Shown: positions 20,066 to 29,793, counted from the stretch's first letter. The stretch is DNA of 64,000 bases from Candidatus Uhrbacteria bacterium (GCA_023246355.1 JAHFIQ010000002.1:118229-182228); one strand, 5' to 3'. A program made the numbers and translations. The notes: generated by a model from the letters alone, not told the origin.

Positions 20066-20566
20066 ATGGTTTCATCAGAAAATAATTACGCCTTCATTGA
20101 TAGTCAGAATGTGAATCTTGCAATTCGGGCGCAGGGGTGGAAATTAGATTTCAAACGTTTCCGAGTGTATCTTCGAGACAAATATCAAGTCGAGAAAGCC
20201 TATTTGTTTATTGGGTACATACCTGGCAATCAAGGTCTTTATAATGATCTCCAGAGTGCTGGGTTTAATTGTATCTTTAAACCAACTCTGCAATATAAGG
20301 ATGGAACAACGAAAGGGAACTGCGATGCGGAACTTGTCCTGTGGTCAATGATAGAGTTGGGAAATTACAAAAAGGCTGTTATCGTGACAGGTGACGGTGA
20401 TTTTTACTGCCTTGTCGATTATTTGCTTAACCAAAAGAAACTTGAGGCCGTATTAATCCCAAACCAGTATCACTTTTCGGGGCTTCTTAAATTTAAGCAT
20501 TTTCGTCCTTTTCTCCGCTACATGAATGGGCTCCGAGATAAGCTAAAAAAAGAAAGGGCCCCATAA
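20066..20566 (+). CDS. NYN/LabA-like domain protein (predicted RNase)
   Basis: YAFIDSQNV...VTGDGDFYCL pattern of NYN (PF01936). Confidence 0.7.
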   Translation: MVSSENNYAFIDSQNVNLAIRAQGWKLDFKRFRVYLRDKYQVEKAYLFIGYIPGNQGLYNDLQSAGFNCIFKPTLQYKDGTTKGNCDAELVLWSMIELGNYKKAVIVTGDGDFYCLVDYLLNQKKLEAVLIPNQYHFSGLLKFKHFRPFLRYMNGLRDKLKKERAP

Positions 20567-20741
20567 GGACGAGACCTTATAGGGCTTACTTTCCGTTGGT
20601 GATAAATAAAGAGTATCATCGCTGTGAAAAGTTGTCAAACAAAAAGGGCTCCTTAGGTAGTTAGCCGTTCGGATCCCTCTTCGTATTGATGCAGCTACTA
20701 TAACATAGTTTGATCGTTGTCAAACAGAACGAGACCTTATC
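20553..20741 (+). repeat. intergenic region with two ~90-nt imperfect direct-repeat units
   Basis: acgagaccttat at 20569 and 20729; gttgtcaaaca at 20631 and 20716; aaagggc(c/t)cc at 20554 and 20642. Confidence 0.5.
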
Positions 20742-20742
20742 T

Positions 20743-21102
20743 ATGTCAAATAAACATGGCCCTTGTCTGGAAAAGAACTGCTCGTGGTGCTGCAAGCCAG
20801 TGAAAGTGCCAGCCAATTTTCCAGACGAAAAGATTCCAAAGGATAAGGAAGGAAAGAAAATTTGGAAAGACCGTGACGAGCTCATTGTACCGGCCAGTGC
20901 ATTTGATCGAGTAAGACTCAAGACGTTCGACTGTGATTTGCTCGATTCAGAAACGGGGAAGTGTACCGATTACGAAAATCGTCCAGAGATTTGTCGGAAT
21001 ACGAGTTGTCTGGATGACACGTCGTCCAAGAGTGTTGACGAACAGCATAAAGATACGATTGACGAAGAATTTCTTGTTCTTCGTGGTCAACGAAAAAACT
21101 AA
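20743..21102 (+). CDS. YkgJ-like Cys-cluster (zinc/iron-chelating) protein
   Basis: CLEKNCSWCC and later C...C cluster resembling PF03692 CxxCxxCC family; start at ATG 20743. Confidence 0.4.
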   Translation: MSNKHGPCLEKNCSWCCKPVKVPANFPDEKIPKDKEGKKIWKDRDELIVPASAFDRVRLKTFDCDLLDSETGKCTDYENRPEICRNTSCLDDTSSKSVDEQHKDTIDEEFLVLRGQRKN

Positions 21103-21105
21103 TGT

Positions 21106-22197
21106 ATGGGAAAAAAAGTTGTCGGCATTTTTTTTGGAGGTCGATCGGCGGAACATGAGATTTCGATGCTTTCAGCAACAAGCATCATGGAAGCCATTCC
21201 GAAGTCACGGTATTCAGTCGTTGCCATTGGGGTGAGAAAGGACGGCGGTTTTGTTTATTACCCAGGTGGGAAGGCTATTCTTCATGGAACTGATGCGAGT
21301 AAGGTGCGGTTGGCGCCGAGTGGTATTCCCGTGACGTTTCAGTTTGGAAAACGGCCAGGCTTGATAGCGCTGTCAAACAAGCGATTTCTGAAGCGACTTG
21401 ATGTGGTCTTTCCTGTTCTTCATGGAACGTATGGCGAGGACGGAACCATGCAAGGACTTCTGGAGATTGCCGGCCTACCCTATGTCGGCCCTGGCGTGCT
21501 TGGCTCTGCCATCGGAATGGATAAAGACGTGACAAAACGACTTTGGCGTGATGCAGGACTGCCCATTGCTGATTTTTTGGTGGCTCGATCATCACAAAAA
21601 AACTGGACGTACGCTCAAATCATAAAAAAGCTGGGAACTCCATTTTTTGTGAAACCTGCTGTTGCTGGTTCATCCGTAGGCGTTCACAAGGTTACGTCAT
21701 CTAGACAATTTGTGGTGGCAATGCGAGACGCGTTTTCCTATTGCGAGAAGGTTCTTATCGAAAGGATGGTTCAGGGTCGGGAAATAGAGTGTTCGGTTCT
21801 CGGTGGTGAGAATCCAAAAGTTTCGTTGCCAGGTGCGGTTATTCCAACACACAGTTTTTATTCTTACGAGGCGAAGTATCTTGATCCAGATGGTGCGCAG
21901 TTCGAGATACCGGCTCGAATGGCAAAAGCCAGTATTCGTCTTGTGCAGGACATTGTTCGAAAGGCTTATGTCTCGTTGGGACTGGAGGGAATGGCGCGTG
22001 TGGATGGATTTTTGGATGACGCAGGAGTGTTTACCCTCAATGAGGTAAACACGATTCCCGGATTTACCAAGATCAGCATGTATCCAAAACTGTGGAAAGT
22101 AAGCGGTTTTCCGTTTCCAGATCTTCTTGATCGTCTTTTGCAAGATGCTATGGATCGGTACGCAAGGGGTAGGAAGCTAAAAACAGGTCGGTTGTGA
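21106..22197 (+). CDS. ddl: D-alanine--D-alanine ligase
   Basis: KVVGIFFGGRSAEHEISMLSA N-terminus and ATP-grasp C-terminus. Confidence 0.9.
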   Translation: MGKKVVGIFFGGRSAEHEISMLSATSIMEAIPKSRYSVVAIGVRKDGGFVYYPGGKAILHGTDASKVRLAPSGIPVTFQFGKRPGLIALSNKRFLKRLDVVFPVLHGTYGEDGTMQGLLEIAGLPYVGPGVLGSAIGMDKDVTKRLWRDAGLPIADFLVARSSQKNWTYAQIIKKLGTPFFVKPAVAGSSVGVHKVTSSRQFVVAMRDAFSYCEKVLIERMVQGREIECSVLGGENPKVSLPGAVIPTHSFYSYEAKYLDPDGAQFEIPARMAKASIRLVQDIVRKAYVSLGLEGMARVDGFLDDAGVFTLNEVNTIPGFTKISMYPKLWKVSGFPFPDLLDRLLQDAMDRYARGRKLKTGRL

Positions 22198-22213
22198 TAG
22201 ACTAATGCTCACT

Positions 22214-23623
22214 ATGACAAGAACATGGATCGATCAGACGCCCACCCTTGTTGGGCAAAGCGTGGTACTTAAGGGCTGGGTGCACCGGCTGCGAAAAATG
22301 GGCGATAAGCTGGTGTTTGTGGACTTGCGCGATGGTTCGGGTCTCGCACAGGTGGTGTTTTATAAACCAGATTTAGACACGGCTACGGCCTCAAAGGTCG
22401 ACGAACTCAAGCCGGAGTTTGTCTTGGAAGTGGAAGGAATGGTCAATAAACGCGGAGAGAAGCAAGTGAATCCTGAGATGAAAACGGGAACGGTAGAGAT
22501 TGGTGCGAAGAGTTTGACGATTCTGAACACCGCGCTCACGCCGCCATTTCCTGTGGATCAAGATTCAGCAAACGTGGCTGAGCATGTGCGGATGAAGTAT
22601 CGCTACTTGGATTTGCGTACAGAACGTCTGCAACATCATCTGAGACTTCGAAGTCAGTGGGTGCAGGCCTGCCGTGAGTATCTCTTCCAGAATCGATTTG
22701 TGGAAATCGAGACGCCGCTTCTGACCAAAGCCACCCCAGAAGGTTCTCGTGATTTTGTCGTGCCATCCCGTTTGCAACCAGGGAAATTTTTTGCGCTTCC
22801 GCAGAGCCCACAGCAGTACAAGCAATTGCTGATGTGTTCTGCCTTTGAGCGCTACTTTCAAACCGCTCGTGCTCTGCGTGATGAAGATCCTCGAGCTGAT
22901 CGAGGATTTGAGCATACGCAAGTCGATATCGAGATGAGTTTTGTGGAGCGTGAAGATGTCATGCAAATGGTGGAAGGGATGGTAACCGCAGCTGCAGAAA
23001 AACTCGGGTTCACCATTGCCAAGAAACCATTTCCTCGCATCAGCTACAAAGACGCGATGGCGACATACGGCGCGGATAAGTTTGATATGCGCACAGAGAC
23101 AGAGAAAGCCGCCGGGGTATTGGCTTATGCATGGGTGATCGACTTTCCATTTTTTGAGCGCGATACAAAGAGTGGTCGCTGGACATTTACGCACAATCCG
23201 TTTTCTAATCCTTTACCAGAGTTTCGTGAAGATCATCTCGCTGGCAAGAATATCGAAACCATACTGACATCTCAATATGACCTGGTCTGCAACGGCTATG
23301 AGTCTGGTGGTGGTTCCATTCGTGCTCACGAGGCCGACGTGTTGGAAGCCACATACAAAATCATGGGATACAGCAAAGAAGAGCTCGAGGGATCTGTCGG
23401 TCATATGTTGGAAGCCTTCCGGTTTGGCGCGCCTCCCCATGGCGGCATTGCCTTGGGGGTTGAACGCAACCTGATGAACCTGACAAGGGAATCAGCTCTA
23501 CGTGAAGTGGTTGCCTTTCCCATGACAGCCTCTGGTACCACATCAGTGATGGAGGCTCCAACGAACTTGGACGTGGAAACATTACTGGAATTACATCTGA
23601 AGACTACAGAGAAAAAAGGCTAA
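22214..23623 (+). CDS. aspS: aspartyl-tRNA synthetase, bacterial-type motifs but lacking the GAD insertion domain
   Basis: ALRDEDPRADRGFEHTQVDIEMSF, GGGSIRAHE, GGIALGVERNLM; GADKFD...VIDFP replaces ~130-aa GAD insert. Confidence 0.88.
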   Translation: MTRTWIDQTPTLVGQSVVLKGWVHRLRKMGDKLVFVDLRDGSGLAQVVFYKPDLDTATASKVDELKPEFVLEVEGMVNKRGEKQVNPEMKTGTVEIGAKSLTILNTALTPPFPVDQDSANVAEHVRMKYRYLDLRTERLQHHLRLRSQWVQACREYLFQNRFVEIETPLLTKATPEGSRDFVVPSRLQPGKFFALPQSPQQYKQLLMCSAFERYFQTARALRDEDPRADRGFEHTQVDIEMSFVEREDVMQMVEGMVTAAAEKLGFTIAKKPFPRISYKDAMATYGADKFDMRTETEKAAGVLAYAWVIDFPFFERDTKSGRWTFTHNPFSNPLPEFREDHLAGKNIETILTSQYDLVCNGYESGGGSIRAHEADVLEATYKIMGYSKEELEGSVGHMLEAFRFGAPPHGGIALGVERNLMNLTRESALREVVAFPMTASGTTSVMEAPTNLDVETLLELHLKTTEKKG

Positions 23624-23633
23624 CCTGAGGCAA

Positions 23634-23658
23634 AACGGTCCGCCTGAGGCGGATCGTT
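23634..23658 (+). terminator. bidirectional hairpin after aspS
   Basis: aacggtccgcc-tga-ggcggatcgtt flanked by A and T runs. Confidence 0.5.
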
Positions 23659-23659
23659 T

Positions 23660-23668
23660 TGGTATAAT
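23660..23668 (+). promoter_or_regulatory. extended -10 element (TGgTATAAT) for scpA; near-leaderless
   Basis: TATAAT at 23663-23668 with TG at -15/-14, 12 nt before scpA ATG. Confidence 0.45.
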
Positions 23669-23679
23669 GGCGGCGTGGT

Positions 23680-24378
23680 ATGTCGTTTGAAGTGAAGCTC
23701 GCAAAGTTCGATGGGCCTTTACACGTACTTTTGGAATTGATCCAGAACTCAAAGCTCCCCATCACAGAAGTTTCGCTTGCCAGCGTGACAGACGACTATC
23801 TGCGCTATCTTGACGAGCAAGACGTCCCCGTTTCCGAGCTTGCCGATTTTCTCGTGATCGCCACGCGCTTGTTGCTCATCAAGTCACAGGCGATTCTTCC
23901 TGTCCCTCAGGATGAGGAACAGGAAGATGCATCGACTCTCGCTCTCCAATTGCGTCTGTACCAAGAGTTTGTGGAAGCGTCCAAGCAGATCGAAGCCCTG
24001 TACGATCGCGCACAGAGATCATTTGAACGCGCCATGCCTGATGTGGTGAAGCCTGAGGGAGTTGAGATTCCTGTTGGCCTAAGCGGGGGCGTGCTTCACA
24101 GCGCGTTTCAAGGTTTGCTTAGACGACTTGAACCGTTCTTTCGTCTTCAAGAGGCGACCATGGAACGCGTTGTGTCCGTTCAGGAGCGGCTGCGTGAGAT
24201 TCACGAAGCGATTTTGAGCAAAGCAAAACTGACGTTCGCTCAATTTGCCGGCTCTGGTCGATCAAGAGTGGATGTGGTCGTGAGCTTCTTGGCGCTGTTG
24301 GAACTCGTGAAACAACGCATCGTCCATGTCATCCAAACGGACACGTTTCATGATATTGAAATTAAACGAGCGGATTAG
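23680..24378 (+). CDS. scpA: segregation and condensation protein A
   Basis: MSFEVKLAKFDGPLHVLLELIQ. Confidence 0.85.
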   Translation: MSFEVKLAKFDGPLHVLLELIQNSKLPITEVSLASVTDDYLRYLDEQDVPVSELADFLVIATRLLLIKSQAILPVPQDEEQEDASTLALQLRLYQEFVEASKQIEALYDRAQRSFERAMPDVVKPEGVEIPVGLSGGVLHSAFQGLLRRLEPFFRLQEATMERVVSVQERLREIHEAILSKAKLTFAQFAGSGRSRVDVVVSFLALLELVKQRIVHVIQTDTFHDIEIKRAD

Positions 24379-24380
24379 GT

Positions 24381-24935
24381 ATGGTCACGACCACCATTGA
24401 AGCGGTGCTGTTTGCCGCAGCCAAACCCATCAGGATCAAAGACTTGCAAAAGCATCTTGAACTCTCCCAAGAGGTTGTTCGTGAAGCTCTTGATGCTCTT
24501 GCGGCTCAACGCAATACGACAAACTCAGGGATCCATCTCATCGAACACAATGAAGCCGTACAGCTCGTGAGCCATCCCGAGCTTGCACAAGACGTGGCGA
24601 AATTTTTGCGTGTGGAAGCCTCGGGCCCACTGACCCGGCCCTCGCTTGAGACCTTGACGATTATTGCCTACCGCGGTCCCATCACCAAGCCTGAAATCGA
24701 GATGATTCGTGGGGTGAATTGTTCCCTGATTATTCGCAACCTCCTCATTCGCGGTTTTGTGGTTGAGGAGCAAGACACCAAAAAACTTCAACCAATCTAC
24801 ACCGTGAGCCACGAGTTTTTACAAGCCTTGGGTATCGCGACGCTTCGTGACCTTCCCGAGTACCACGCCTTTCAAACCAACCAGAAGATCACTGAGCTTC
24901 TGAGTCGGGAACCTCAAGAGACTTCCGATGTATGA
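24381..24935 (+). CDS. scpB: segregation and condensation protein B
   Basis: IEAVLFAAAKPIRIKDL winged-helix pair. Confidence 0.85.
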   Translation: MVTTTIEAVLFAAAKPIRIKDLQKHLELSQEVVREALDALAAQRNTTNSGIHLIEHNEAVQLVSHPELAQDVAKFLRVEASGPLTRPSLETLTIIAYRGPITKPEIEMIRGVNCSLIIRNLLIRGFVVEEQDTKKLQPIYTVSHEFLQALGIATLRDLPEYHAFQTNQKITELLSREPQETSDV

Positions 24936-25906
24936 TCATCAAGCTCTTCACGCAGCTGGTTCTTGCGACAACGGTTTTTCAGTTTTTTCCGATGGATGTT
25001 GGAGAGCTTGAACGTCGTGCCCTGTTGCCCGAGTCGCCGGCACGCTCGTTTGATTTGCTTGCGAGTTGGGACACCCTCAAGCATCTGCCTGAGGCCACTG
25101 ACCGAGAACGGGCTCCGAGAAAAATAGTGACGACAAGCATGGGGGTGGTGACGAGCGCCCAGAGTGCGATTGTGATGGATCGGCGTTCGGGAGAGGTGCT
25201 GTTTGAGAAAAATGTGCATGGTTCTCGGGCGATTGGTTCCATCACCAAACTCATGACCGCCCATGTGTTTCTACAAACGCAACCTGATCTTTCTGCGCCT
25301 GCCACCATCACCGATGAGGATGTGCGATTGGGCGCAACGCTTCATTTACCTGTTGGGGAAACCGTCACGATCCAAGATTTGCTTCGTGCCAGTCTTGTGG
25401 GTTCGGATAACACGGCCACGATGGCGCTCGCTCGGCTTTCAGGGTTGCCGCTTGGGGACTTTGTCGCCCGCATGAATGAGGAAGCCGCGGGGATGGGAAT
25501 GCAGGAAACAACGTTCGCCGATCCCGCGGGATTGTCTTCTGATAACGTATCTGTAGTGACAGATTTGGCACGGATGTTCGATACGATTTTGCAAAACGAA
25601 ACGATTGCACAGGTCACACAACAATCCGTCGTAAGCATCACCGGAAGCTCAGGTCGTACGTATACAATTGAAAGCACGGACGAGCTATTAACCTCATTTG
25701 TGAACCAGTCGCCTTATGAAATTCTCGGAGGGAAAACTGGGTTTCTTCCAGAAGCTGGCTATTGCCTCGGTTCCATTTTTTCTCACGAAGGAGAAGGAGA
25801 TGTCGTGGTCGTGGTGCTTGGATCTGAAACAAAAGAAGGTCGATTTCAAGATGTGAAGTCGTTGGCCGTTTGGGCGTATCAAACCTACGACTGGCAAACC
25901 TTATGA
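24932..25906 (+). CDS. D-alanyl-D-alanine carboxypeptidase (PBP5/S11 family)
   Basis: SITK (SxxK), SDN, KTG motifs; N-terminal signal/TM. Confidence 0.8.
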   Translation: MIIKLFTQLVLATTVFQFFPMDVGELERRALLPESPARSFDLLASWDTLKHLPEATDRERAPRKIVTTSMGVVTSAQSAIVMDRRSGEVLFEKNVHGSRAIGSITKLMTAHVFLQTQPDLSAPATITDEDVRLGATLHLPVGETVTIQDLLRASLVGSDNTATMALARLSGLPLGDFVARMNEEAAGMGMQETTFADPAGLSSDNVSVVTDLARMFDTILQNETIAQVTQQSVVSITGSSGRTYTIESTDELLTSFVNQSPYEILGGKTGFLPEAGYCLGSIFSHEGEGDVVVVVLGSETKEGRFQDVKSLAVWAYQTYDWQTL

Positions 25907-26403
25907 TCGAGACACTTCTCACCTGGTTTCAAGGATTTCCACCAGAGCTCGTCGCGGGGCTTCTCTCCGCCCTGCCGCTCACTGAGACCCGTCTCGCGCT
26001 TCCGGTCGCGATTTTTGTCTTGCACCTTTCTCCACTGACGGCATATCTGACCACGCTCGCAGGAAATCTTGTACCCATGCCATGTATTTTTTATCTGTTG
26101 ACTCCGGCCTTGCGCGTCGTGCATCAGCACATTCCACGACTGGACGCTTGGTTTTTGCGCTGGAGAGAAAAACAAGAAAAGACATTTGGACAGAGTTACT
26201 CGAAGTGGGGGGCCTTCTTTTTATTTTTACTCGTGGTCACTCCAGGCCCTGGCACAGGAGTCTGGACTGCGAGCGCTCTTGCAGTGCTCTTCCACATTGA
26301 TCTGCGACTATCAGCCCTCTCGATCGTCTGCGGAGCCATCATAGGAAGTCTTGCTATTCTTGCAGTGACTCAGGGTGTGTTTGTTGGTCTGCATCTCCTA
26401 TGA
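25903..26403 (+). CDS. small membrane protein (Sm_multidrug_ex/COG2426-like)
   Basis: LPLTETRLALPVAIF...LAGNLVPMP pattern; ATGA overlap with upstream gene. Confidence 0.5.
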   Translation: MIETLLTWFQGFPPELVAGLLSALPLTETRLALPVAIFVLHLSPLTAYLTTLAGNLVPMPCIFYLLTPALRVVHQHIPRLDAWFLRWREKQEKTFGQSYSKWGAFFLFLLVVTPGPGTGVWTASALAVLFHIDLRLSALSIVCGAIIGSLAILAVTQGVFVGLHLL

Positions 26404-27581
26404 GAATCGCGATTGATGGAACGACTCTGTGCTCCGCTGATGGTTCCCGCGGAGCAGGCATCGAGCACTACACCTGGTCGATCGTGAGGGCGATGATTCA
26501 GATGGGTGAACAGCACGAGTTTTTTATTTCAACTCCTCCATCTTTGTCCCGTGTGCGACGTCAGGAACTTCAAGCAATGGGTGGAAACGTTCATCTCCTT
26601 CCCACGTTTGGTCCAAAACTTTCCTTTGTGTCTCGGCACGTCATTCTGCCATTTCGATTTTTGCTCACGCGGCCAGATGTGTTGTTTTCACCGTTTGGTC
26701 AACTTCCTCTGCTCTGGCGCGGAAAAAGTGTGGTAACCGTCCACGATCTTTCGATCTACGAGCATCCCGAGTGGTTTCCACAAGCGCAGGATTTTTCCGT
26801 TCGCACACTGGTGCCAAAAAGTTTGGAGCGCGCCGACCGTGTGATCGCCGTGAGCGCCTCCACGCAAGGAAAACTTTATGCGCTCTTTCCAGTCACAGAA
26901 GGCAAGACCCAAGTTGTGCATGAGGGTGTGAGTTTGGAAGTTGCGTATGAAGCGCTGAAACACACCGACGAAACCAGTCGGCGTTTTCCGTTTGATCGGG
27001 ATCTGGTTCTCTGTTTAGGGACTGTGGAACCACGCAAGAATCTGGTCAGCGCCTTTCTGGCATTCGATCAGTTTTTGCAAAGTCATCCAGAGCAAGCTTC
27101 TCAAGTGCGTTTAATCGTTGCTGGAAAAAAAGGATGGCGTACGCAGGAAATAGAAAACGAGCTCATTCGTGTGAATCGCTCATGGAGAGAGAGTGAGCCA
27201 AACGGCGTCATTCAATGTCTGGGGCCGGTCACCGAAGAAGAAAAATGGAATCTTCTTGCTCGCGCCTCATGTCTGTTGTTTGTGTCCCTCGATGAAGGGT
27301 TTGGGTTGCCTGTCTTGGAAGCCATGGCTGTTGGGACACCCGTGATCATCTCCAATCGTGGCGCTCTCCCAGAAGTCGGTGGCGATGCGGCGATGTACGT
27401 TGAACCAGATGACATCGAGGGAATGTCCTTCGCTCTCTCTCAGTGTCTGCTTGTTCCCGAGGGCATCCGAGAGTTGAAAGAACTGGGGATCAAACGTGCT
27501 GCCGAGTTGAGTTGGGAGCGCGCGGCAAAGGAGACACTGAACGTGCTGGAAGAAGTTGGACGAGCAGATACAACAGCTTGA
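26400..27581 (+). CDS. glycosyltransferase family 4
   Basis: LFVSLDEGFGLPVLEAMAVGTPVI GT4 C-terminal motif. Confidence 0.85.
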   Translation: MRIAIDGTTLCSADGSRGAGIEHYTWSIVRAMIQMGEQHEFFISTPPSLSRVRRQELQAMGGNVHLLPTFGPKLSFVSRHVILPFRFLLTRPDVLFSPFGQLPLLWRGKSVVTVHDLSIYEHPEWFPQAQDFSVRTLVPKSLERADRVIAVSASTQGKLYALFPVTEGKTQVVHEGVSLEVAYEALKHTDETSRRFPFDRDLVLCLGTVEPRKNLVSAFLAFDQFLQSHPEQASQVRLIVAGKKGWRTQEIENELIRVNRSWRESEPNGVIQCLGPVTEEEKWNLLARASCLLFVSLDEGFGLPVLEAMAVGTPVIISNRGALPEVGGDAAMYVEPDDIEGMSFALSQCLLVPEGIRELKELGIKRAAELSWERAAKETLNVLEEVGRADTTA

Positions 27582-27614
27582 CTTCAGGTGAGAGCACCTA
27601 CACAATAGTCCTAT

Positions 27615-27845
27615 ATGGAACGAATTGAAGTGAATCCAAACATTATGGCTGGCAAGCCAGTCATTCGCGGAACGCGGATTTCTGTTTCGCTTGTTTTGAA
27701 TTTATTGGCGAATGGCTATACCCCATCACGTGTGATCGAGGCCTATCCTCAATTGACTTTTGAGGATGTACAAGCCGCCATGCAATTTGCTGCGTCTCTT
27801 GCCAACATGGAAGAGCGCTCCTATGGCCTGATCCAGCCCGTGTGA
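27615..27845 (+). CDS. DUF433 protein (antitoxin-like)
   Basis: GKPVIRGTRISV...YPQLTFEDVQAA. Confidence 0.7.
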   Translation: MERIEVNPNIMAGKPVIRGTRISVSLVLNLLANGYTPSRVIEAYPQLTFEDVQAAMQFAASLANMEERSYGLIQPV

Positions 27846-28213
27846 AATTTTTGTTGGACGAAAATTTATCGAGGGAGACGGCAGAGTACATGAAAGGTTT
27901 GGGTTACGAAGCAGCCACTGTTTTTGATTTTGGCTTGTCTCAGTCGGAAGATCGCGAGATTGTCCATTCTGCTGCCGAGCACGGTTTTATTTTGATGACA
28001 TTCGATTTGGACTTCGTGTTCCTCTATAGAATATTTGGAGAAAAGAAATTTGGTGTCGTCATTTTTCGATTGCATGATCAGACGGTTGAGTCAGTGAATC
28101 AAGCCGTGGACCGATTATTGGAGAGTCGTTGTTTGGATGAAAAAGTGAATCAGCGAGGGGTGGTGATCGTGGATGAAGTGTCCATCCGTGTGCGTCGAGA
28201 GTCTGAAACCTAA
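27842..28213 (+). CDS. DUF5615 (PIN-like) protein, GTG start, partner of DUF433
   Basis: MKFLLDENLS N-terminus; overlaps DUF433 stop by 4 nt. Confidence 0.65.
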   Translation: MKFLLDENLSRETAEYMKGLGYEAATVFDFGLSQSEDREIVHSAAEHGFILMTFDLDFVFLYRIFGEKKFGVVIFRLHDQTVESVNQAVDRLLESRCLDEKVNQRGVVIVDEVSIRVRRESET

Positions 28214-28224
28214 ACACACATTGT

Positions 28225-29163
28225 ATGGAGACAAAAGATCGTGAGAAGATCTTAGAGAAAAAAGTGATGATCGGCGGTGAGTCTTTTGATCTTTTTCTTG
28301 ATCGGCAAAGGGGCGCCTCCCTGTATGTGAATGCTGATCGAAGTAGATACCTCCGTGTTGGCGATCCTGATGTTGTAGAAAAGGAGCTAGATTTTCACAA
28401 GCAACTTCTGGGAGGTGGGTTCCCTGTTTCAAGAATCCTTGACGAAGGACGTCTTGGTGAGCGATCGTATTGGTCTGAAGAATCGTTGGGCAATGACCAT
28501 CTTCACGACATATTTAAACAGGAAACAGAGAGTGCAGGGCTGATTTCTGAATCGTCTTTTAGAGCTTTTTTGAAGGTCGTTCAGCAATTCAATGCGGCAC
28601 AGGCAAGTACAGCGAATACGTTACCCATCGACTTTGAAAGACTCTCAGCTGCTGTTGGGTTTGATGGGATGATTCATGAACTTCCAGACCTCTCTGACGA
28701 TTTGCGCGCGAGTTGGAAAATGGTACAGGAGCGGCTGAAGGACTATCCAAGCTGTTTGACGCACGGGGATTTTAACCCGCACAACCTTTTTTCAAAAGGA
28801 GTGATTGACTTCGGCGATCACTTTGTTGGACCAATCGGATATGACGCAGTGACAGCAGTCACGACGCCGTTTTGGTTTCCTAAAGGAGAAGGTTTTGAAT
28901 TTCGGCGGAAGTATACGTTCACAGAGGATCAAGTCCGTCAGTTTTTCGATGCGTGTGGAACGTATCAAGTAGGCGAAAGAGAGATAGACATTCGTGATCG
29001 ATTTGACGAGCTTTTCTTGTTAAAGGCGGCTTGGTGGTCTGTACGTAATCAGCGCAATCCAAAATTACAGGAGTGGCGCTATGACAGATTTAGGAAAGTT
29101 GTTGATGAATTCATCCGTGGCGAGTCACTTCTCGAACATTGGCAATCGCATCTAAACGATTAA
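28225..29163 (+). CDS. aminoglycoside/choline-kinase-like phosphotransferase (APH family)
   Basis: HGDFNPHN catalytic loop and DFGD motif. Confidence 0.65.
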   Translation: METKDREKILEKKVMIGGESFDLFLDRQRGASLYVNADRSRYLRVGDPDVVEKELDFHKQLLGGGFPVSRILDEGRLGERSYWSEESLGNDHLHDIFKQETESAGLISESSFRAFLKVVQQFNAAQASTANTLPIDFERLSAAVGFDGMIHELPDLSDDLRASWKMVQERLKDYPSCLTHGDFNPHNLFSKGVIDFGDHFVGPIGYDAVTAVTTPFWFPKGEGFEFRRKYTFTEDQVRQFFDACGTYQVGEREIDIRDRFDELFLLKAAWWSVRNQRNPKLQEWRYDRFRKVVDEFIRGESLLEHWQSHLND

Positions 29164-29171
29164 TCCTCCAA

Positions 29172-29206
29172 ACGAAAAGACAAACCTTGCTGGTCTGTCT
29201 TTTCGT
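29172..29206 (+). terminator. bidirectional terminator between convergent genes
   Basis: cgaaaagacaaacc-ttgc-tggtctgtcttttcg 13/14-bp stem. Confidence 0.65.
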
Positions 29207-29218
29207 TGATGAGATATC

Positions 29219-29683
29219 TTAAAGTTTTGTCTGTAAATACGCAATCAGCACCACTTGGGCGAGCAGGGCGTAGTACAGAGGAACGTCGCCTTTGCGTTTC
29301 ACAAAAAAGTCGTGGAAGTAAAAGTGCATGCGCATGAACCAGCGCAGAAGTGGGGACTTGGTCAGATCATGGAGACCGACAAGCAGATCGGGGAGCACAC
29401 CACCGACGATGCCCCACGTGAAGGTGCGCATGGATTCAATGTCGCGGGTGTTGGCGAGCAGCAGGACGAAAAAAATCGCAAAGATGGCGTCGACCATCAC
29501 ATAGGCAACGGCTTGTTTCCGACGACGTTTGTGTACACGAAAATTGTCAGCCAACCCCGTGTCGCCGTGGGGAATCATGTCGATCAAAAAGTGGGAGATA
29601 AAGCCAAAGATGAAGGCAAGGACCGGGTTTCCTGTTGCGCGTCCAAGAACGGCTCCCAGCGTTGCATGAGTGGTCAGGGTCAT
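29219..29683 (-). CDS. membrane-bound metal-dependent hydrolase-like protein (YdjM/DUF457-like)
   Basis: FISHFLIDMIPHGD pattern, 4 TM. Confidence 0.5.
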   Translation of the reverse strand: MTLTTHATLGAVLGRATGNPVLAFIFGFISHFLIDMIPHGDTGLADNFRVHKRRRKQAVAYVMVDAIFAIFFVLLLANTRDIESMRTFTWGIVGGVLPDLLVGLHDLTKSPLLRWFMRMHFYFHDFFVKRKGDVPLYYALLAQVVLIAYLQTKL

Positions 29684-29793
29684 AACTGGGTTCTAGGATA
29701 GCAGTTTTTTTGGATCAAGGGTATCAACCCACCGCTTGATTCAAACGGGAGGATCAGGTAAAACGTTCAGCACCATGTTTTTGGGGTGAACAG

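Noticed and set aside
20520-20760. Low-GC stretch as an IS element or integrase remnant
   Set aside because: No transposase/integrase ORF and no terminal inverted repeats beyond short word repeats; reported only as repeat-rich intergenic block
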